Positions 19,080 through 29,535 are shown, counted from the stretch's first letter. The stretch is DNA of 64,000 bases from Clostridia bacterium (GCA_017505745.1 JAFVOP010000101.1:3680-67679), one strand, 5' to 3'. The notes: generated from the letters alone by a model not told the origin. Translations and numbers: made by a program.

Positions 19080-19108
19080 ATTATAGCATACAGTCATATG
19101 ATTGTCAA
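19080..19108 (-). promoter_or_regulatory. consensus sigma-A promoter TTGACA-17-TATAAT
   Basis: On the + strand, TGTCAA at 19103-19108 and ATTATA at 19080-19085, with an exact 17-nt spacer. It drives the 454-aa gene. Confidence 0.6.
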
Positions 19109-19146
19109 TAGTAATTACAAAAAAACTTCATACAATTGCTTGTTTT

Positions 19147-19830
19147 TTATTGAAGAACGTTATATTCGGTGATCAAGCGTTCGATCGCTATCACTCCATC
19201 CTCAGAAATACGTAGCGTGAGGTATTGCGGGCGGCTTGCGTCACTGCCAATATCACGGCGGAAATTACCGTCGTTGCGGTAAATTTTGTAGTCCAGACGG
19301 TAGGTGATCAGATCCCGGGATTCCTGGGTATAATAGCGAAGCTTAATATCGTATACCATTTGCGGAGTAAAGGCCTCTTGCGGATCATTCTTCTTAAAAT
19401 AAGCATCGTTGAACATCGCGTTGTACGCGTTGCAATCACCGTCAATGATCGTTTGCACGTAATCACAAAGAAAGAGGACGTTAGCGTCAAACTCCTCGCG
19501 GTTTTCCTCGGTTACCGACACCTTTTGCCCATATCCGCTTGGATTATCGCAATATTCCACTCTGCGATCCAGCTCCAGATAGTCTTTGTTTTGCATGATA
19601 TCGCCCGGGTAGGGGTCATAAAACGTAATATTCAGTTCCGGAGGCGTTGGTGCGGACGGTGTGGCAAGGTGATTGACCAAAGCCATAACTCCAACCAAAA
19701 GCAGGATCCCTGCCAGCACGCCACCAAGCACAAACAACAGCTTGCGTTTCATTTTTTTCGATTGCAAGAGAAGGGCCTCGTAGCGCGCGCGGTCTTCGTG
19801 TTTGGGGTTTTGATTCATGATATTCTCCAT
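19147..19830 (-). CDS. membrane-anchored protein, unknown function (start 19830 or 19818)
   Basis: One TM segment LLFVLGGVLAGILLLVGVMALV followed by a roughly 160-aa soluble domain. GGAGAA lies before the ATG at 19818. Confidence 0.6.
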   Translation of the reverse strand: MENIMNQNPKHEDRARYEALLLQSKKMKRKLLFVLGGVLAGILLLVGVMALVNHLATPSAPTPPELNITFYDPYPGDIMQNKDYLELDRRVEYCDNPSGYGQKVSVTEENREEFDANVLFLCDYVQTIIDGDCNAYNAMFNDAYFKKNDPQEAFTPQMVYDIKLRYYTQESRDLITYRLDYKIYRNDGNFRRDIGSDASRPQYLTLRISEDGVIAIERLITEYNVLQ

Positions 19831-19997
19831 TTCTATAAGCCTTTACGGAGGATTCCGTTCCGGTTACCATTGTATCACAGATACCGCAAAAAAGCAACAG
19901 AAAAGATATTTTTTTACAAACATTCCCCTGTTTTTTTCTGCTTTTTGGGAAAAAATGAGAAAATGCAAAAAAGATTTAAAAATATCGGCTTTCGCTC

Positions 19998-20026
19998 TTG
20001 TACTTTTCAAACAGATGTGGTATAAT
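19998..20026 (+). promoter_or_regulatory. sigma-A promoter TTGTAC-17-TGgTATAAT for apgM
   Basis: -35 at 19998-20003 and an extended -10 at 20018-20026. Confidence 0.5.
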
Positions 20027-20093
20027 ATAAGATGTTTTTATATAATTATGTGGAAGCGAATCCAAACAGCCTCCCAGTGAAAGGACATTTTCC

Positions 20094-21302
20094 ATGAAAT
20101 ATCTTGTTTTGATTCCGGATGGAATGGCAGACGAAAAGATCGAAGCCCTTGGTAACCGCACGCCGATGGAGGCGGCAAACAAGCCCACCATTGACGCACT
20201 CGCAAAAAAATCGCTGGTTGGAACGGTATGCAACATTCCCGATGGGATGGTTCCCGAAAGCGATACCGCAAATATGGCCATTCTCTCTTTTGATCCCGCC
20301 GTTTACTCGAAAGGTCGCTCGCCTCTGGAAGCGGTAAGCATGGGGATCGAAATGAAACCCGATGAAACGGCGTACCGCTGCAATGTGGTTACACTTTCGG
20401 ATGAGGGCGAATATGACGATAAGATCATCCTCGATCACAGTGCCGATGAAATCACCACCGCGGAGGCGGACGAGCTGATTCGTGCGCTTCAGGAAAAGCT
20501 GGGAAATGAACTTCGCCGTTTTTATACAGGTGTCAGCTACCGTCATTGCCTGATTTGGAAAAACGGAAACGATCGCTATCCCTTTATGCGTCCGCACGAT
20601 ATTCTTGGAAAGCGCATCGGTGAATATCTTCCCAAGGCCGAGAACGGCGGAGAGGAATTTTACCGCCTGATGAAGGATAGCTTTGATATTCTCAATCATC
20701 ATCCCGTAAACGAGGCTCGCCGCGCGCGCGGTCTGAAGCCGGCAAACTCTGCCTGGCTCTGGAGCCCCGGAAAAAAGCCACAGCTTCCCAATTTCCGTGA
20801 GAAATGGGGTCTGAACGGTGCCGTGATCTCAGCAGTGGACCTGATCAAGGGAATCGGACTTTGCGCCGGCATGCGCTCGATCGATGTAGAAGGTGCCACC
20901 GGAAACGTACATACCAACTACGATGGAAAGGCGCAAGCCGCAATACAAGCGTTCCGCGACGGACACGATTACGTCTATATTCACGTGGAGGCCCCCGATG
21001 AATGCGGACATCGCGCAGAACTGGAAAACAAGGTTCTTTCGGTGGAGCTGATCGACCAAAAGATCCTCAAGCCTGTATATGAGTATCTGCTGGAGTGTGG
21101 GGATGATTTCCGCATTATGATTTTGCCTGACCACCCTACCCCCATCCGGCTACGTACCCACACCAGTCTCCCCGTTCCCTTCCTGATCTATGACAGCACA
21201 AAAGAGCAGGACGGTGTGGAAAGCTTCTCGGAAGAAAGTGCAGCTGAGAAGCTGTTCCGAGTAGAAAACGGATATACCTTGATGGATCATCTGATCCGGT
21301 AA
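20094..21302 (+). CDS. apgM: cofactor-independent phosphoglycerate mutase, archaeal ApgM type (family also annotated as proposed homoserine kinase)
   Basis: MKYLVLIPDGMAD..NRTPMEAANKPTIDALA and HVEAPDECGH (metalloenzyme superfamily). Confidence 0.8.
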   Translation: MKYLVLIPDGMADEKIEALGNRTPMEAANKPTIDALAKKSLVGTVCNIPDGMVPESDTANMAILSFDPAVYSKGRSPLEAVSMGIEMKPDETAYRCNVVTLSDEGEYDDKIILDHSADEITTAEADELIRALQEKLGNELRRFYTGVSYRHCLIWKNGNDRYPFMRPHDILGKRIGEYLPKAENGGEEFYRLMKDSFDILNHHPVNEARRARGLKPANSAWLWSPGKKPQLPNFREKWGLNGAVISAVDLIKGIGLCAGMRSIDVEGATGNVHTNYDGKAQAAIQAFRDGHDYVYIHVEAPDECGHRAELENKVLSVELIDQKILKPVYEYLLECGDDFRIMILPDHPTPIRLRTHTSLPVPFLIYDSTKEQDGVESFSEESAAEKLFRVENGYTLMDHLIR

Positions 21303-21322
21303 CAAATGGAAAGGAGCTTGTC

Positions 21323-21967
21323 ATGAACGAACACCCCCAACTTCAAGAAACCGAAGCCCCTATGGAAACGGCGCCGGCGAAAGCGTCGGGGGGATTTGTT
21401 GCCGGACTCTTTGATGTTCTCGAGATGTTTGCATGGTCGGTTTTCGCCGTGATCCTGATCTTTACGTTTGCATTCCGACTCTGTCGCGTGGAAGGCGCAT
21501 CCATGAACAATACCCTTTACGACGGAGAAAATCTGCTGCTTTACAGCATTGGATACACACCCAAGCAGAATGATATCGTGGTCTTTCACCTGACCAATGA
21601 GGAATCCAATCCCCCCATGGTCAAAACCATGGTCAAGCGAGTGATCGCAACCGAAGGACAAACCGTAACCATTGATTTCAACACGAAGGAGATTACGGTT
21701 GACGGCAAAAAATATGCCGATTCGCACGCGGTTCTGAAGGATATGAGCGACCGTATCGTTGACGAATATCTGCTCAAGGCCGAATATTCCTACGATCTGC
21801 AAACCAATACCTTCTCTGCCACCGTTCCCGATGGACACGTGTTCCTTCTGGGAGATAACCGTAACAATTCCAAGGATAGCCGCGATACCGACGTTGGATT
21901 TGTGGACGAACGCTGTATCCTTGGGAAAGTGGTGCTTCGCATCGCACCCTTTACCGTTTTTTCCTGA
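21323..21967 (+). CDS. lepB: signal peptidase I
   Basis: Ser box EGASMNNTL, Lys box VKRVIATEGQ, and GDNRNNSKDSR. Confidence 0.85.
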   Translation: MNEHPQLQETEAPMETAPAKASGGFVAGLFDVLEMFAWSVFAVILIFTFAFRLCRVEGASMNNTLYDGENLLLYSIGYTPKQNDIVVFHLTNEESNPPMVKTMVKRVIATEGQTVTIDFNTKEITVDGKKYADSHAVLKDMSDRIVDEYLLKAEYSYDLQTNTFSATVPDGHVFLLGDNRNNSKDSRDTDVGFVDERCILGKVVLRIAPFTVFS

Positions 21968-21997
21968 TTTGAATTTTTAAGAAAGGATTTCGAGAAT

Positions 21998-22885
21998 ATG
22001 CCGTCTGAAAATATTCAATGGTTCCCGGGTCATATGGCGAAAACCCGCCGCATGATCTCAGAAAACCTTAAAAACGTGGATATCGTCATCGAAATTCTGG
22101 ATGCACGGATTCCTTACAGCTCCCGAAACCCCGAAATTACAAGGCTGACCGAGGGAAAGCCTACGCTGTTACTTCTCAACAAGGCTTCTCTTGCCGATCC
22201 GGCGCAAAACCGCCGTTGGCAGGAGGTCTACACCAAAGGCGAGACCTATTGCCTGCTTACCGACTGCGTTACGGGAGAAGGATTGAATAAGCTTGCTCCC
22301 ATGATCCGTGAGATCCTTGCCGAAAAGCTTCGGAGGTATGAAGAAAAAGGAATGCACGGGCGCCGCGTACGCGCGATGGTGCTTGGGATCCCGAACGTGG
22401 GAAAATCCTCGCTGATCAACCGTATTTGCGGAAACAAGAAGACCAAGGTGGAAAACCGTCCGGGTGTTACGCTTGACAAGCAATGGGTATCCACGGGAAT
22501 CGGGGTAGATCTTTTGGATATGCCCGGGATTCTTTGGCCTAAGTTTGAAGAAAAGCGCGTGGGCGAAAATCTGGCGCTCACCGGAGCGATCCGCGATGGG
22601 ATCCTGGATATTGAAACGCTGGCGACAGTGCTTTGCAAACGGCTTCGCACGCTCTACCCCGAGCTGCTTGCCGCGCGCTATAAGCTGGGCGATCTTTCGG
22701 CTTACGATGACTATTCAGACTTTGAGCTTTTTGAAGCCATTGGCAAAAAGCGCGGATTTTTGATCAGCGGCGGTGAAATCAACACCGAACGCACCGCCAT
22801 TACCCTGTTGGATGAATTCCGCGCCTGCAAAATCGGCAGAATCACGCTGGATCGCTATTCCAAGGAGGAAGTGCGCCGTGCTTGA
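21998..22885 (+). CDS. rbgA: ribosome biogenesis GTPase A (YlqF/RbgA)
   Basis: [10 protein letters not shown], a circularly permuted GTPase with NKASLAD then [12 protein letters not shown] and DMPG. Confidence 0.9.
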   Translation: MPSENIQWFPGHMAKTRRMISENLKNVDIVIEILDARIPYSSRNPEITRLTEGKPTLLLLNKASLADPAQNRRWQEVYTKGETYCLLTDCVTGEGLNKLAPMIREILAEKLRRYEEKGMHGRRVRAMVLGIPNVGKSSLINRICGNKKTKVENRPGVTLDKQWVSTGIGVDLLDMPGILWPKFEEKRVGENLALTGAIRDGILDIETLATVLCKRLRTLYPELLAARYKLGDLSAYDDYSDFELFEAIGKKRGFLISGGEINTERTAITLLDEFRACKIGRITLDRYSKEEVRRA

Positions 22886-23483
22886 ATACACGTTGGAACG
22901 TGAATTGCATGAACAAGGCTTTACCGCGGTTTGCGGAGTGGATGAAGCCGGACGAGGCCCATTGTGCGGTCCTGTGGTTGCCGCCGCCTGCATTTTACCC
23001 GACGGCCTTGTGATCGAAGGCCTGAACGATTCGAAAAAGCTGACCGCGAAAAAACGCGATGCGCTTTTTGATTTTATCTGCGAGCACGCGCTTGCCTATT
23101 GCATCGCGCAAGCAAGCGTGGAAGAGATCGACCGACTCAACATTCTGGAAGCCGATCTGTTGGCTATGCGCCGTGCGATCGACGGCCTTGCGATCAAAGC
23201 TGACTTCGCATTGATCGATGGCAATATTGCCAGAGATTTTCAGATCCCTGCGCGTGCCATTATCAAGGGAGACGCCACCAGCCCCAGCATTGCCGCGGCC
23301 TCGATTCTTGCAAAGGTCACGCGTGACCGCCAGTGCATCGAGCTGGACCGTGCTTATCCCCAATACGGAATTGCAAAGCATAAAGGCTACGGAACCAAGG
23401 CGCATATGCAAGCCTTGCGGGAGTTTGGTCCTTCTCCGATCCACCGCAAGCAATTCATCCGTTTTTTGGATAAAGAATCATGA
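22878..23483 (+). CDS. rnhB: ribonuclease HII
   Basis: [18 protein letters not shown] and LNDSKKL. GTG 22878 lies 9 nt after AAGGAGG and overlaps the rbgA stop. Confidence 0.9.
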   Translation: MLEYTLERELHEQGFTAVCGVDEAGRGPLCGPVVAAACILPDGLVIEGLNDSKKLTAKKRDALFDFICEHALAYCIAQASVEEIDRLNILEADLLAMRRAIDGLAIKADFALIDGNIARDFQIPARAIIKGDATSPSIAAASILAKVTRDRQCIELDRAYPQYGIAKHKGYGTKAHMQALREFGPSPIHRKQFIRFLDKES

Positions 23484-23872
23484 TGCTTCGCACAAAAAAA
23501 GAAATCGGCAATTTCGGAGAAGCCAAAGCCGTTCACTTTTTACGGTGGCGGGGATATATGATTCGAGAGCGTAATTGGCGCACGGGAAATTGGGAGATTG
23601 ACATTATCGCCGAAACCCGGCACGATTTGGTGTTTGTGGAAGTGAAAACAAGGACCTATACATCCGAGGAACTGGAATACGGGGTTCCTCCGGGACGCGC
23701 CGTAAACGCGGAAAAGCAGCGCCATACCCGGCAGGCTGCTCAGCGTTATCTGCGCCGTTATCCAACCCGCAAGCAACCGCGAATGGATGTGATTGAGGTA
23801 TGGCTTGTGCAAGACTCCTCCCTCAAAAAGCCCAAAGTAGCAAAGATCCATCATATCAAAGCCGCATACTAA
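23480..23872 (+). CDS. yraN: YraN-family endonuclease (UPF0102)
   Basis: [45 protein letters not shown] overlap with rnhB. Confidence 0.8.
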   Translation: MMLRTKKEIGNFGEAKAVHFLRWRGYMIRERNWRTGNWEIDIIAETRHDLVFVEVKTRTYTSEELEYGVPPGRAVNAEKQRHTRQAAQRYLRRYPTRKQPRMDVIEVWLVQDSSLKKPKVAKIHHIKAAY

Positions 23873-23882
23873 GGAGGAAAAC

Positions 23883-24806
23883 ATGGAGCTTTCTCTCTTT
23901 GATCTTCACTGCGATACCGCATACGAAATGCTGACGAAGAGGCAACCGCTTTTAAGGAATACTTTGGCGGTTTCTCTGGAAAATGCAAGGAAATTCAAGC
24001 GTTACATCCAGGTGATGGCGCATTGGACCGATTACTCTCTCAGTGATGAGGAGGGCTGGAATCAATGCCTTGCCATGCTGAAAAATCTGCAACGGGATCC
24101 CGCAATTGTTGGCGGAGAAGCAACCGTTGCAACCACCGTTTCGAATACTTTATCCCCCACTCTGCTTCTTGCTGTAGAGGATGCGCGTATTTTGAACGGC
24201 CAAATCGATCGCGTGGATACGCTTTTTCAGCACGGATTTCGTATTTTGACTCCTTTGTGGAATGGCTCCACCTGTATTGGTGGCTCTCATAACACCGAGG
24301 AGGGACTGACCCCATTTGGGAAAGCGGCGCTTGCGCGCGCCGTGGAGCTTGGGATGATCCTTGATATTTCCCATGCATCCGAACGGTCGGCCGAGGAGAT
24401 CTTTGATATTTCGTCCAAGAAAAATCGCCCTGTCATCGCATCGCACTCGAATGCATATCAAATCTGCCCCGTTTCCCGCAATCTGCGAGACGGACAGATC
24501 GAATCGATCCTACGTTCAAACGGTGTGATCGGCATCAATCTCTATCGGAGTTTTCTTTGCGAAAACGGCACTGCTTCGGCAAAGGACATTTTGCCGCATG
24601 TTGAGTATTTCCTTGAAAAAGGCGCACAGAATGCGTTGTGCATCGGCGGAGACATGGACGGTGCAGATCTCCCCGACGACATCCCCGATCTCTCCGCACT
24701 TCCGATCCTGGCAGAGTTGATGCTTCGCCACAATTATTCGGAAGAGCTGATTCAAAAAATCTTCTACCAAAATGCATTTGATTTTGCAAAAAAATATCTT
24801 TTTTAA
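23883..24806 (+). CDS. M19 family dipeptidase
   Basis: LFDLHCDT, ISHASE, ASHSNA and IGGDMDG match the renal-dipeptidase fold pattern. Confidence 0.75.
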   Translation: MELSLFDLHCDTAYEMLTKRQPLLRNTLAVSLENARKFKRYIQVMAHWTDYSLSDEEGWNQCLAMLKNLQRDPAIVGGEATVATTVSNTLSPTLLLAVEDARILNGQIDRVDTLFQHGFRILTPLWNGSTCIGGSHNTEEGLTPFGKAALARAVELGMILDISHASERSAEEIFDISSKKNRPVIASHSNAYQICPVSRNLRDGQIESILRSNGVIGINLYRSFLCENGTASAKDILPHVEYFLEKGAQNALCIGGDMDGADLPDDIPDLSALPILAELMLRHNYSEELIQKIFYQNAFDFAKKYLF

Positions 24807-24852
24807 TCCCCCATTTATTTAAAAAATCCATTCAGGAAGGATTCCGAATACC

Positions 24853-26334
24853 ATGTTTTACAAAAGCACAAGAAGTAATCAAAAAGCAACCGAAACAGCC
24901 GCACAGGTAATCAAGCAGGGCTTGGCAAGTGACGGAGGACTGTTCGTGCCCGAAAGCATTCCCACGCTGACGATGGAAGAAATCCAAGCACTCTGCAAAG
25001 AAAGCTATCCCGTTCGCGCGGCTACCGTTCTTTCCAAATTCCTCACGGATTATACCTATGAGGAATTGCTGGAGGATTGCACCAAGGCTTATGCCGAAAC
25101 CTCTTTTGTTGGCGGTGCGGCTCCGTTGGTAAATATTCACGATCAGTTCTATTCTCTGGAGCTGTGGCACGGTCCTACGGCGGCATTCAAGGATATGGCA
25201 CTGCAGATCATGCCCCGTCTGCTTTCTCGCGCACTGGTAAAAACCGGTGAGGAACGCACGGCATTGATCCTGGTAGCCACCTCCGGTGACACCGGAAAGG
25301 CCGCTTTGGAGGGCTACAAGGACGTAGACCGCGTAAAAATCATGGTGTTCTACCCCGTTGACGGTGTCAGCCGCGTACAAAAGCTTCAAATGGCAACGCA
25401 AACCGGTGAAAACGTCAACGTTTGCGCGATTCGCGGCAACTTTGACGATGCACAAAACGGAGTAAAAGAAATTTTCGGTGATAGCAAGATGGCAAGTAAG
25501 CTCAACGAACAGGGCTACTTCTTCTCCAGCGCGAACTCGATCAACTGGGGGCGTCTTGCGCCGCAGATCGTCTACTACGTATCGGCCTACTGCGATCTTC
25601 TCACCGGCGGAAAATGCAAGCCCGGCGATACCTTTAACGTTTGTGTTCCCACCGGAAACTTCGGCAACATTTTCGCCGCATACCTGGCAAAGCAGATGGG
25701 ATTGCCGATCGGTCATATGGTTTGCGCCTCCAACACCAACAATATTCTCACCGATTTTCTGAGAACCGGCACCTATGATCGCAACCGCGATTTCTACATG
25801 ACCATGTCCCCCTCGATGGACATTCTCATTTCCAGCAACCTGGAGCGTCTGCTCTATTTCACGGCGGGCAGCGAAAAGACCGCCGCCTATATGGACGCAC
25901 TCAAGAAGCAGGGATGCTACTCGGTAGAACCTGAAATTCTGGCGGAGATTCGCAAGAATTTCAGCGGATATTTCACCGACGAGGCAGAAACGGCAAAAAC
26001 CATTCGTGAAACCTACCAATCTTACGGCTATCTTGCGGATACGCACACGGCCGTTGCGATTCATGCAGCCGAGGAATATGTTCGCGAGACGGGCGATGCC
26101 CGCCCGATGGTCATTGACTCCACCGCAAGCCCCTACAAGTTTGCAAACGATGTTTATCGCGCAGTTACCGAAAAAACGGCTCATTCCGAATTGGAAGCAC
26201 TTGATCAGCTTTCTGCCGAAACCAACACCGAAATCCCCTATCCGTTAGCAGGACTTGCCAAGCGCAAGGTCAATTTTGATTCTGTTGTTGACCGCGAGCA
26301 AATGGCTGCCGCTGTTCTTGATTACGTGGGCTGA
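24853..26334 (+). CDS. thrC: threonine synthase (long form)
   Basis: PLP-lysine motif PTAAFKDMALQ, plus ATSGDTGKAA and SANSINWGRL. Confidence 0.9.
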   Translation: MFYKSTRSNQKATETAAQVIKQGLASDGGLFVPESIPTLTMEEIQALCKESYPVRAATVLSKFLTDYTYEELLEDCTKAYAETSFVGGAAPLVNIHDQFYSLELWHGPTAAFKDMALQIMPRLLSRALVKTGEERTALILVATSGDTGKAALEGYKDVDRVKIMVFYPVDGVSRVQKLQMATQTGENVNVCAIRGNFDDAQNGVKEIFGDSKMASKLNEQGYFFSSANSINWGRLAPQIVYYVSAYCDLLTGGKCKPGDTFNVCVPTGNFGNIFAAYLAKQMGLPIGHMVCASNTNNILTDFLRTGTYDRNRDFYMTMSPSMDILISSNLERLLYFTAGSEKTAAYMDALKKQGCYSVEPEILAEIRKNFSGYFTDEAETAKTIRETYQSYGYLADTHTAVAIHAAEEYVRETGDARPMVIDSTASPYKFANDVYRAVTEKTAHSELEALDQLSAETNTEIPYPLAGLAKRKVNFDSVVDREQMAAAVLDYVG

Positions 26335-26357
26335 TCCCTTATAAATTCAGAAAAAAA

Positions 26358-26384
26358 CGAGGGTGCCTCCAAGAGGTACCCTCG
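26358..26384 (-). terminator. terminator of the DUF1540 gene
   Basis: cgagggtgcctc / gaggtaccctcg. The T-run follows only on the minus strand. Confidence 0.55.
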
Positions 26385-26390
26385 AAAAAA

Positions 26391-26579
26391 TCAGAATTCC
26401 TTCGGCTTGAAGGTTGCGCAAAGCGTATCCCCGGAGGTGTCAGCGTTATTGGGACCTACCGAGATCTCATTTGCCGTGCAACAGGTATCCTGATCGTGAT
26501 AGTAGCAGTTCTGCACGTTGCACTTGATGCCCTTGATATGCTTGCATCCGCAAGAATTTTCGTACTTCCGTTCTTCCAT
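26391..26579 (-). CDS. DUF1540-like small Cys-rich protein
   Basis: 62 aa with the pattern CGCKHIKGIKCNVQNCYYH..CCTA..LCATF, typical of DUF1540 (family call from memory). Confidence 0.65.
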   Translation of the reverse strand: MEERKYENSCGCKHIKGIKCNVQNCYYHDQDTCCTANEISVGPNNADTSGDTLCATFKPKEF

Positions 26580-26693
26580 GTGTGGATCCTTTCTGAGCCG
26601 CGAAGGCTCCTGTTGGTTTGGAAAGATGGCTCTTTCCCATCGATTATTGTAACCTGAGCAAAGTCAAAATATACATGAAAGGAAAGCCAAGCA

Positions 26694-27413
26694 ATGTCGG
26701 TTTTCGCAATGGCAGATTTGCATCTTTCCAGCGACGGAAGCAAGTCGATGGAGGTGTTTGGTTCGCGTTGGAAAGACTATATGCGCAAAATTGAAAAAAA
26801 TTGGTCAGCTGTGGTCTCTCCGACGGATACCATTATTATTCCGGGCGATATCTCCTGGGGGCTGAAGCTGGAGGACGCATTAAATGACCTTCTATTTTTG
26901 GAATCCCTTCCCGGGCAAAAATTGATTGGAAAAGGAAACCACGATTTTTGGTGGTCAACGGCTTCAAAAATGCAAGCCATGATGGAAGCACATCAGATTC
27001 GATCCATCCAACTGCTTTATAACAATGCCTATCTTTTGGAAGGACGCATTTTTTGCGGCACGCGCGGATGGTTTGTGGAGGAAAACCAACAGCATACGGT
27101 TGGAACCGTGGACTACATGCGGATCGTAAATCGCGAGGTCATTCGCCTGCGGCTGAGTCTTGAAGAGGCCAAAAAGCTACAATCTCCCGATGACGAAAAG
27201 AAACCGATTCTCGTCTTTTTACATTTCCCTCCGGTTTGGAATGGGTTTGTATGCCGCGAGATTCTTGATGTTTTACTGGAATACGGTGTTCAATCCTGCT
27301 ATTTTGGCCACATTCACGGCGCTTATGCCCTGCCGCACGCATTCTGCTATGAAGGAATCAACTTTCGGCTTTGCGCTGCGGACGCGCTCAATTTTACCCC
27401 TATTTTGGTCTGA
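26694..27413 (+). CDS. metallophosphoesterase
   Basis: ADLHLS, PGDISW, GNHDFWW and HFPP...FGHIHG. Confidence 0.8.
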   Translation: MSVFAMADLHLSSDGSKSMEVFGSRWKDYMRKIEKNWSAVVSPTDTIIIPGDISWGLKLEDALNDLLFLESLPGQKLIGKGNHDFWWSTASKMQAMMEAHQIRSIQLLYNNAYLLEGRIFCGTRGWFVEENQQHTVGTVDYMRIVNREVIRLRLSLEEAKKLQSPDDEKKPILVFLHFPPVWNGFVCREILDVLLEYGVQSCYFGHIHGAYALPHAFCYEGINFRLCAADALNFTPILV

Positions 27414-27469
27414 AGTCCGGATCTTTTCGATTCTTTTGCTTTATTTTGCTTTTATTTTCGCAAAAGCTA

Positions 27470-27498
27470 TTGACAAAACGGCGAAAAAATTATAAAAT
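27470..27498 (+). promoter_or_regulatory. sigma-A promoter TTGACA-17-TAAAAT for tig
   Basis: -35 at 27470-27475 and -10 at 27493-27498. Confidence 0.45.
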
Positions 27499-27548
27499 AT
27501 AATGAATGTAAAAAATACTTTCTATATCGTTCTGGAGGACAATGAAAA

Positions 27549-28826
27549 ATGAGTTTGATCAAATCCGAAAAAACCGAAAAGAGCGTGTATACGCTGGAAT
27601 TCTCGGTTGACAAAGAAACCTTTGACAAGGCTGTTTCCAATGCATACCGCAAGCAGGTTGGCAAAATTACCGTTCCCGGCTTCCGCAAGGGGAAGGCTCC
27701 CCGTTCTGTGATCGAAAAGATGTACGGCAAGGGATTCTTCTATGAGGATGCTATTAACGAGGTTCTTCCCGATGCATTTGACGAGGCACTGAAGGAATCC
27801 AAGCTGGATATGGTTGGTCAGCCCGAGTTTGACGTCGTTTCCATTGATGAAAACGGTGTGGTAATGTCTGCAAAGGTTGCCGTGAAGCCCACTGCAAAGA
27901 TCGACGGCTATTTCGGAATTGAAGCAGAAAAGAAGGTTGCAGAGGTAACCAACGAAGAAGTAGAAGCAGAGCTGAACACGATCCGCGAGCGTAATTCCAG
28001 AGAGATCGAGGTTACCGACGGTGAGTCCCAGATGGGCGACGTTTGCACCATCGATTATGAGGGCTTTGTAGACGGCGTTGCATTTGAGGGTGGAAAGGGC
28101 TCCGATTATCCCCTCAAGCTCGGTTCCGGCAACTTTATTCCCGGCTTTGAGGAGCAGGTTGCGGGCCACAAGCTCGAGGAGGAGTTTGACGTAAACGTGA
28201 CCTTCCCCGAAGAGTATCACGCAAAGGAACTGGCCGGCAAGGCAGCTGTGTTCAAGACCGTGATCCATAAGATCAAGCACATCGAGCTTCCCGCGTTGGA
28301 TGACGATTTTGCAAAAGACGTTTCCGAATTTGATACCATGGATGAATATCGCGCCGATGTAAAGGCAAAAATTGCTAAGAGACATGAGGACGAGGCAGAC
28401 CGCAAATTTGAGGATGCGATCCTGGATGCCCTGATCGAAAAGCTGAAGGCAGATATTCCCGAGCAGATGTACATTGCAGAAACCGAGAACTTTGTTCGCG
28501 ATTATGACAACCGTCTGCGCATGCAGGGATTGGATCTGAAAACCTACTTCCAGTATACCGGCATGAACCTGGATACCCTTCGCACCCAGCTCCGCCCGCA
28601 GGCTGAAAAGCAGGTGAAGCTGAGACTGGCTCTGGAGGCAATTGCCAAGAAGGAAAAGATCAAGGTAAGCAAGGCTGATATCGAGGAAGAAATCAAGCGA
28701 ATCGCAGACGCATATCAAATGGAAGTCGATAAGGTTCGCGAAATGGTTCCCGCAGACTCCGTTGCAGAAGACATGAAGGTGAAGAAGGCAATGGATCTGG
28801 TGAAGGAAAACGCCATCGCAAAGTAA
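27549..28826 (+). CDS. tig: trigger factor
   Basis: Ribosome-binding PGFRKGKAP and an FKBP domain GDVCTIDYEGFVDGVAFEGGKG...FIPGFEEQ. Confidence 0.95.
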   Translation: MSLIKSEKTEKSVYTLEFSVDKETFDKAVSNAYRKQVGKITVPGFRKGKAPRSVIEKMYGKGFFYEDAINEVLPDAFDEALKESKLDMVGQPEFDVVSIDENGVVMSAKVAVKPTAKIDGYFGIEAEKKVAEVTNEEVEAELNTIRERNSREIEVTDGESQMGDVCTIDYEGFVDGVAFEGGKGSDYPLKLGSGNFIPGFEEQVAGHKLEEEFDVNVTFPEEYHAKELAGKAAVFKTVIHKIKHIELPALDDDFAKDVSEFDTMDEYRADVKAKIAKRHEDEADRKFEDAILDALIEKLKADIPEQMYIAETENFVRDYDNRLRMQGLDLKTYFQYTGMNLDTLRTQLRPQAEKQVKLRLALEAIAKKEKIKVSKADIEEEIKRIADAYQMEVDKVREMVPADSVAEDMKVKKAMDLVKENAIAK

Positions 28827-28838
28827 AAAACCATTCTC

Positions 28839-28872
28839 TGAACCGGAAGTCGCAATTGCTATTTCCGGTTCA
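28839..28872 (+). terminator. weak hairpin after tig
   Basis: tgaaccggaagt / atttccggttca (11/12 matched) with a poor T-run. Confidence 0.4.
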
Positions 28873-28899
28873 AATTTATCATGAAAAGAGGTAATACCA

Positions 28900-29511
28900 A
28901 TGTTTGATTCCAGAGATTTTACAAAGAACGCCCTGGTTCCTATGGTGGTGGAGCAAACCAACCGCGGAGAGCGCTCCTATGACATCTTCTCTCGTCTGCT
29001 GAACGATCGCATCGTATTTCTCTCGGATGAGGTCAATGATGCTACCGCATCTCTCGTCGTTGCGCAGATGCTGTTTTTGGAGGCTCAGGACCCTGATAAG
29101 GACATTTCCTTTTATATCAATTCTCCCGGTGGCTCCGTAACTGCAGGCATGGCGATCTACGATACCATGCAGTTTATCAAGTGTGACGTTTCCACCATCT
29201 GCATCGGTATGGCGGCAAGCATGGGGGCATTCCTTCTGTCGTCCGGCACCAAGGGCAAGCGTCTGGCGCTTCCCCACAGCGAAGTCATGATCCATCAGCC
29301 TCTCGGCGGTGCGCGCGGACAGGCGAGCGATATCCAGATTCAGGCGGAGCAGATTTTGAAAACCAAGGCCATGCTCAATCAGATTCTTGCAGAAAACACC
29401 GGCAAGCCGCTGGAGATTATTGAACGTGATACCGACCGCGACAACTATATGACGGCACAGGAAGCAATGGAATACGGCTTGGTGGACAAGGTTCTCACCA
29501 AGCGCCCCTAA
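28900..29511 (+). CDS. clpP: ATP-dependent Clp protease proteolytic subunit
   Basis: [24 protein letters not shown] (catalytic Ser) and VMIHQPLGG (catalytic His). Confidence 0.95.
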   Translation: MFDSRDFTKNALVPMVVEQTNRGERSYDIFSRLLNDRIVFLSDEVNDATASLVVAQMLFLEAQDPDKDISFYINSPGGSVTAGMAIYDTMQFIKCDVSTICIGMAASMGAFLLSSGTKGKRLALPHSEVMIHQPLGGARGQASDIQIQAEQILKTKAMLNQILAENTGKPLEIIERDTDRDNYMTAQEAMEYGLVDKVLTKRP

Positions 29512-29535
29512 TCTGAGATCCGGAAAGGAATACCC

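Noticed and set aside
24832-26184. 450-aa ORF antisense to thrC. Similar long antisense ORFs occur at 41995-44070 (opposite secA), 27522-28961 (opposite tig), 28879-29991 (opposite clpP/clpX), 1984-3111, 3939-4826, 12628-13377, 13789-14622, 19225-20025 and 20046-20702.
   Set aside because: Each lies opposite a gene with unmistakable conserved motifs. Their translations are low-complexity and rich in R, G, C and H. They lack SD sequences. Long shadow ORFs are expected at this GC content.
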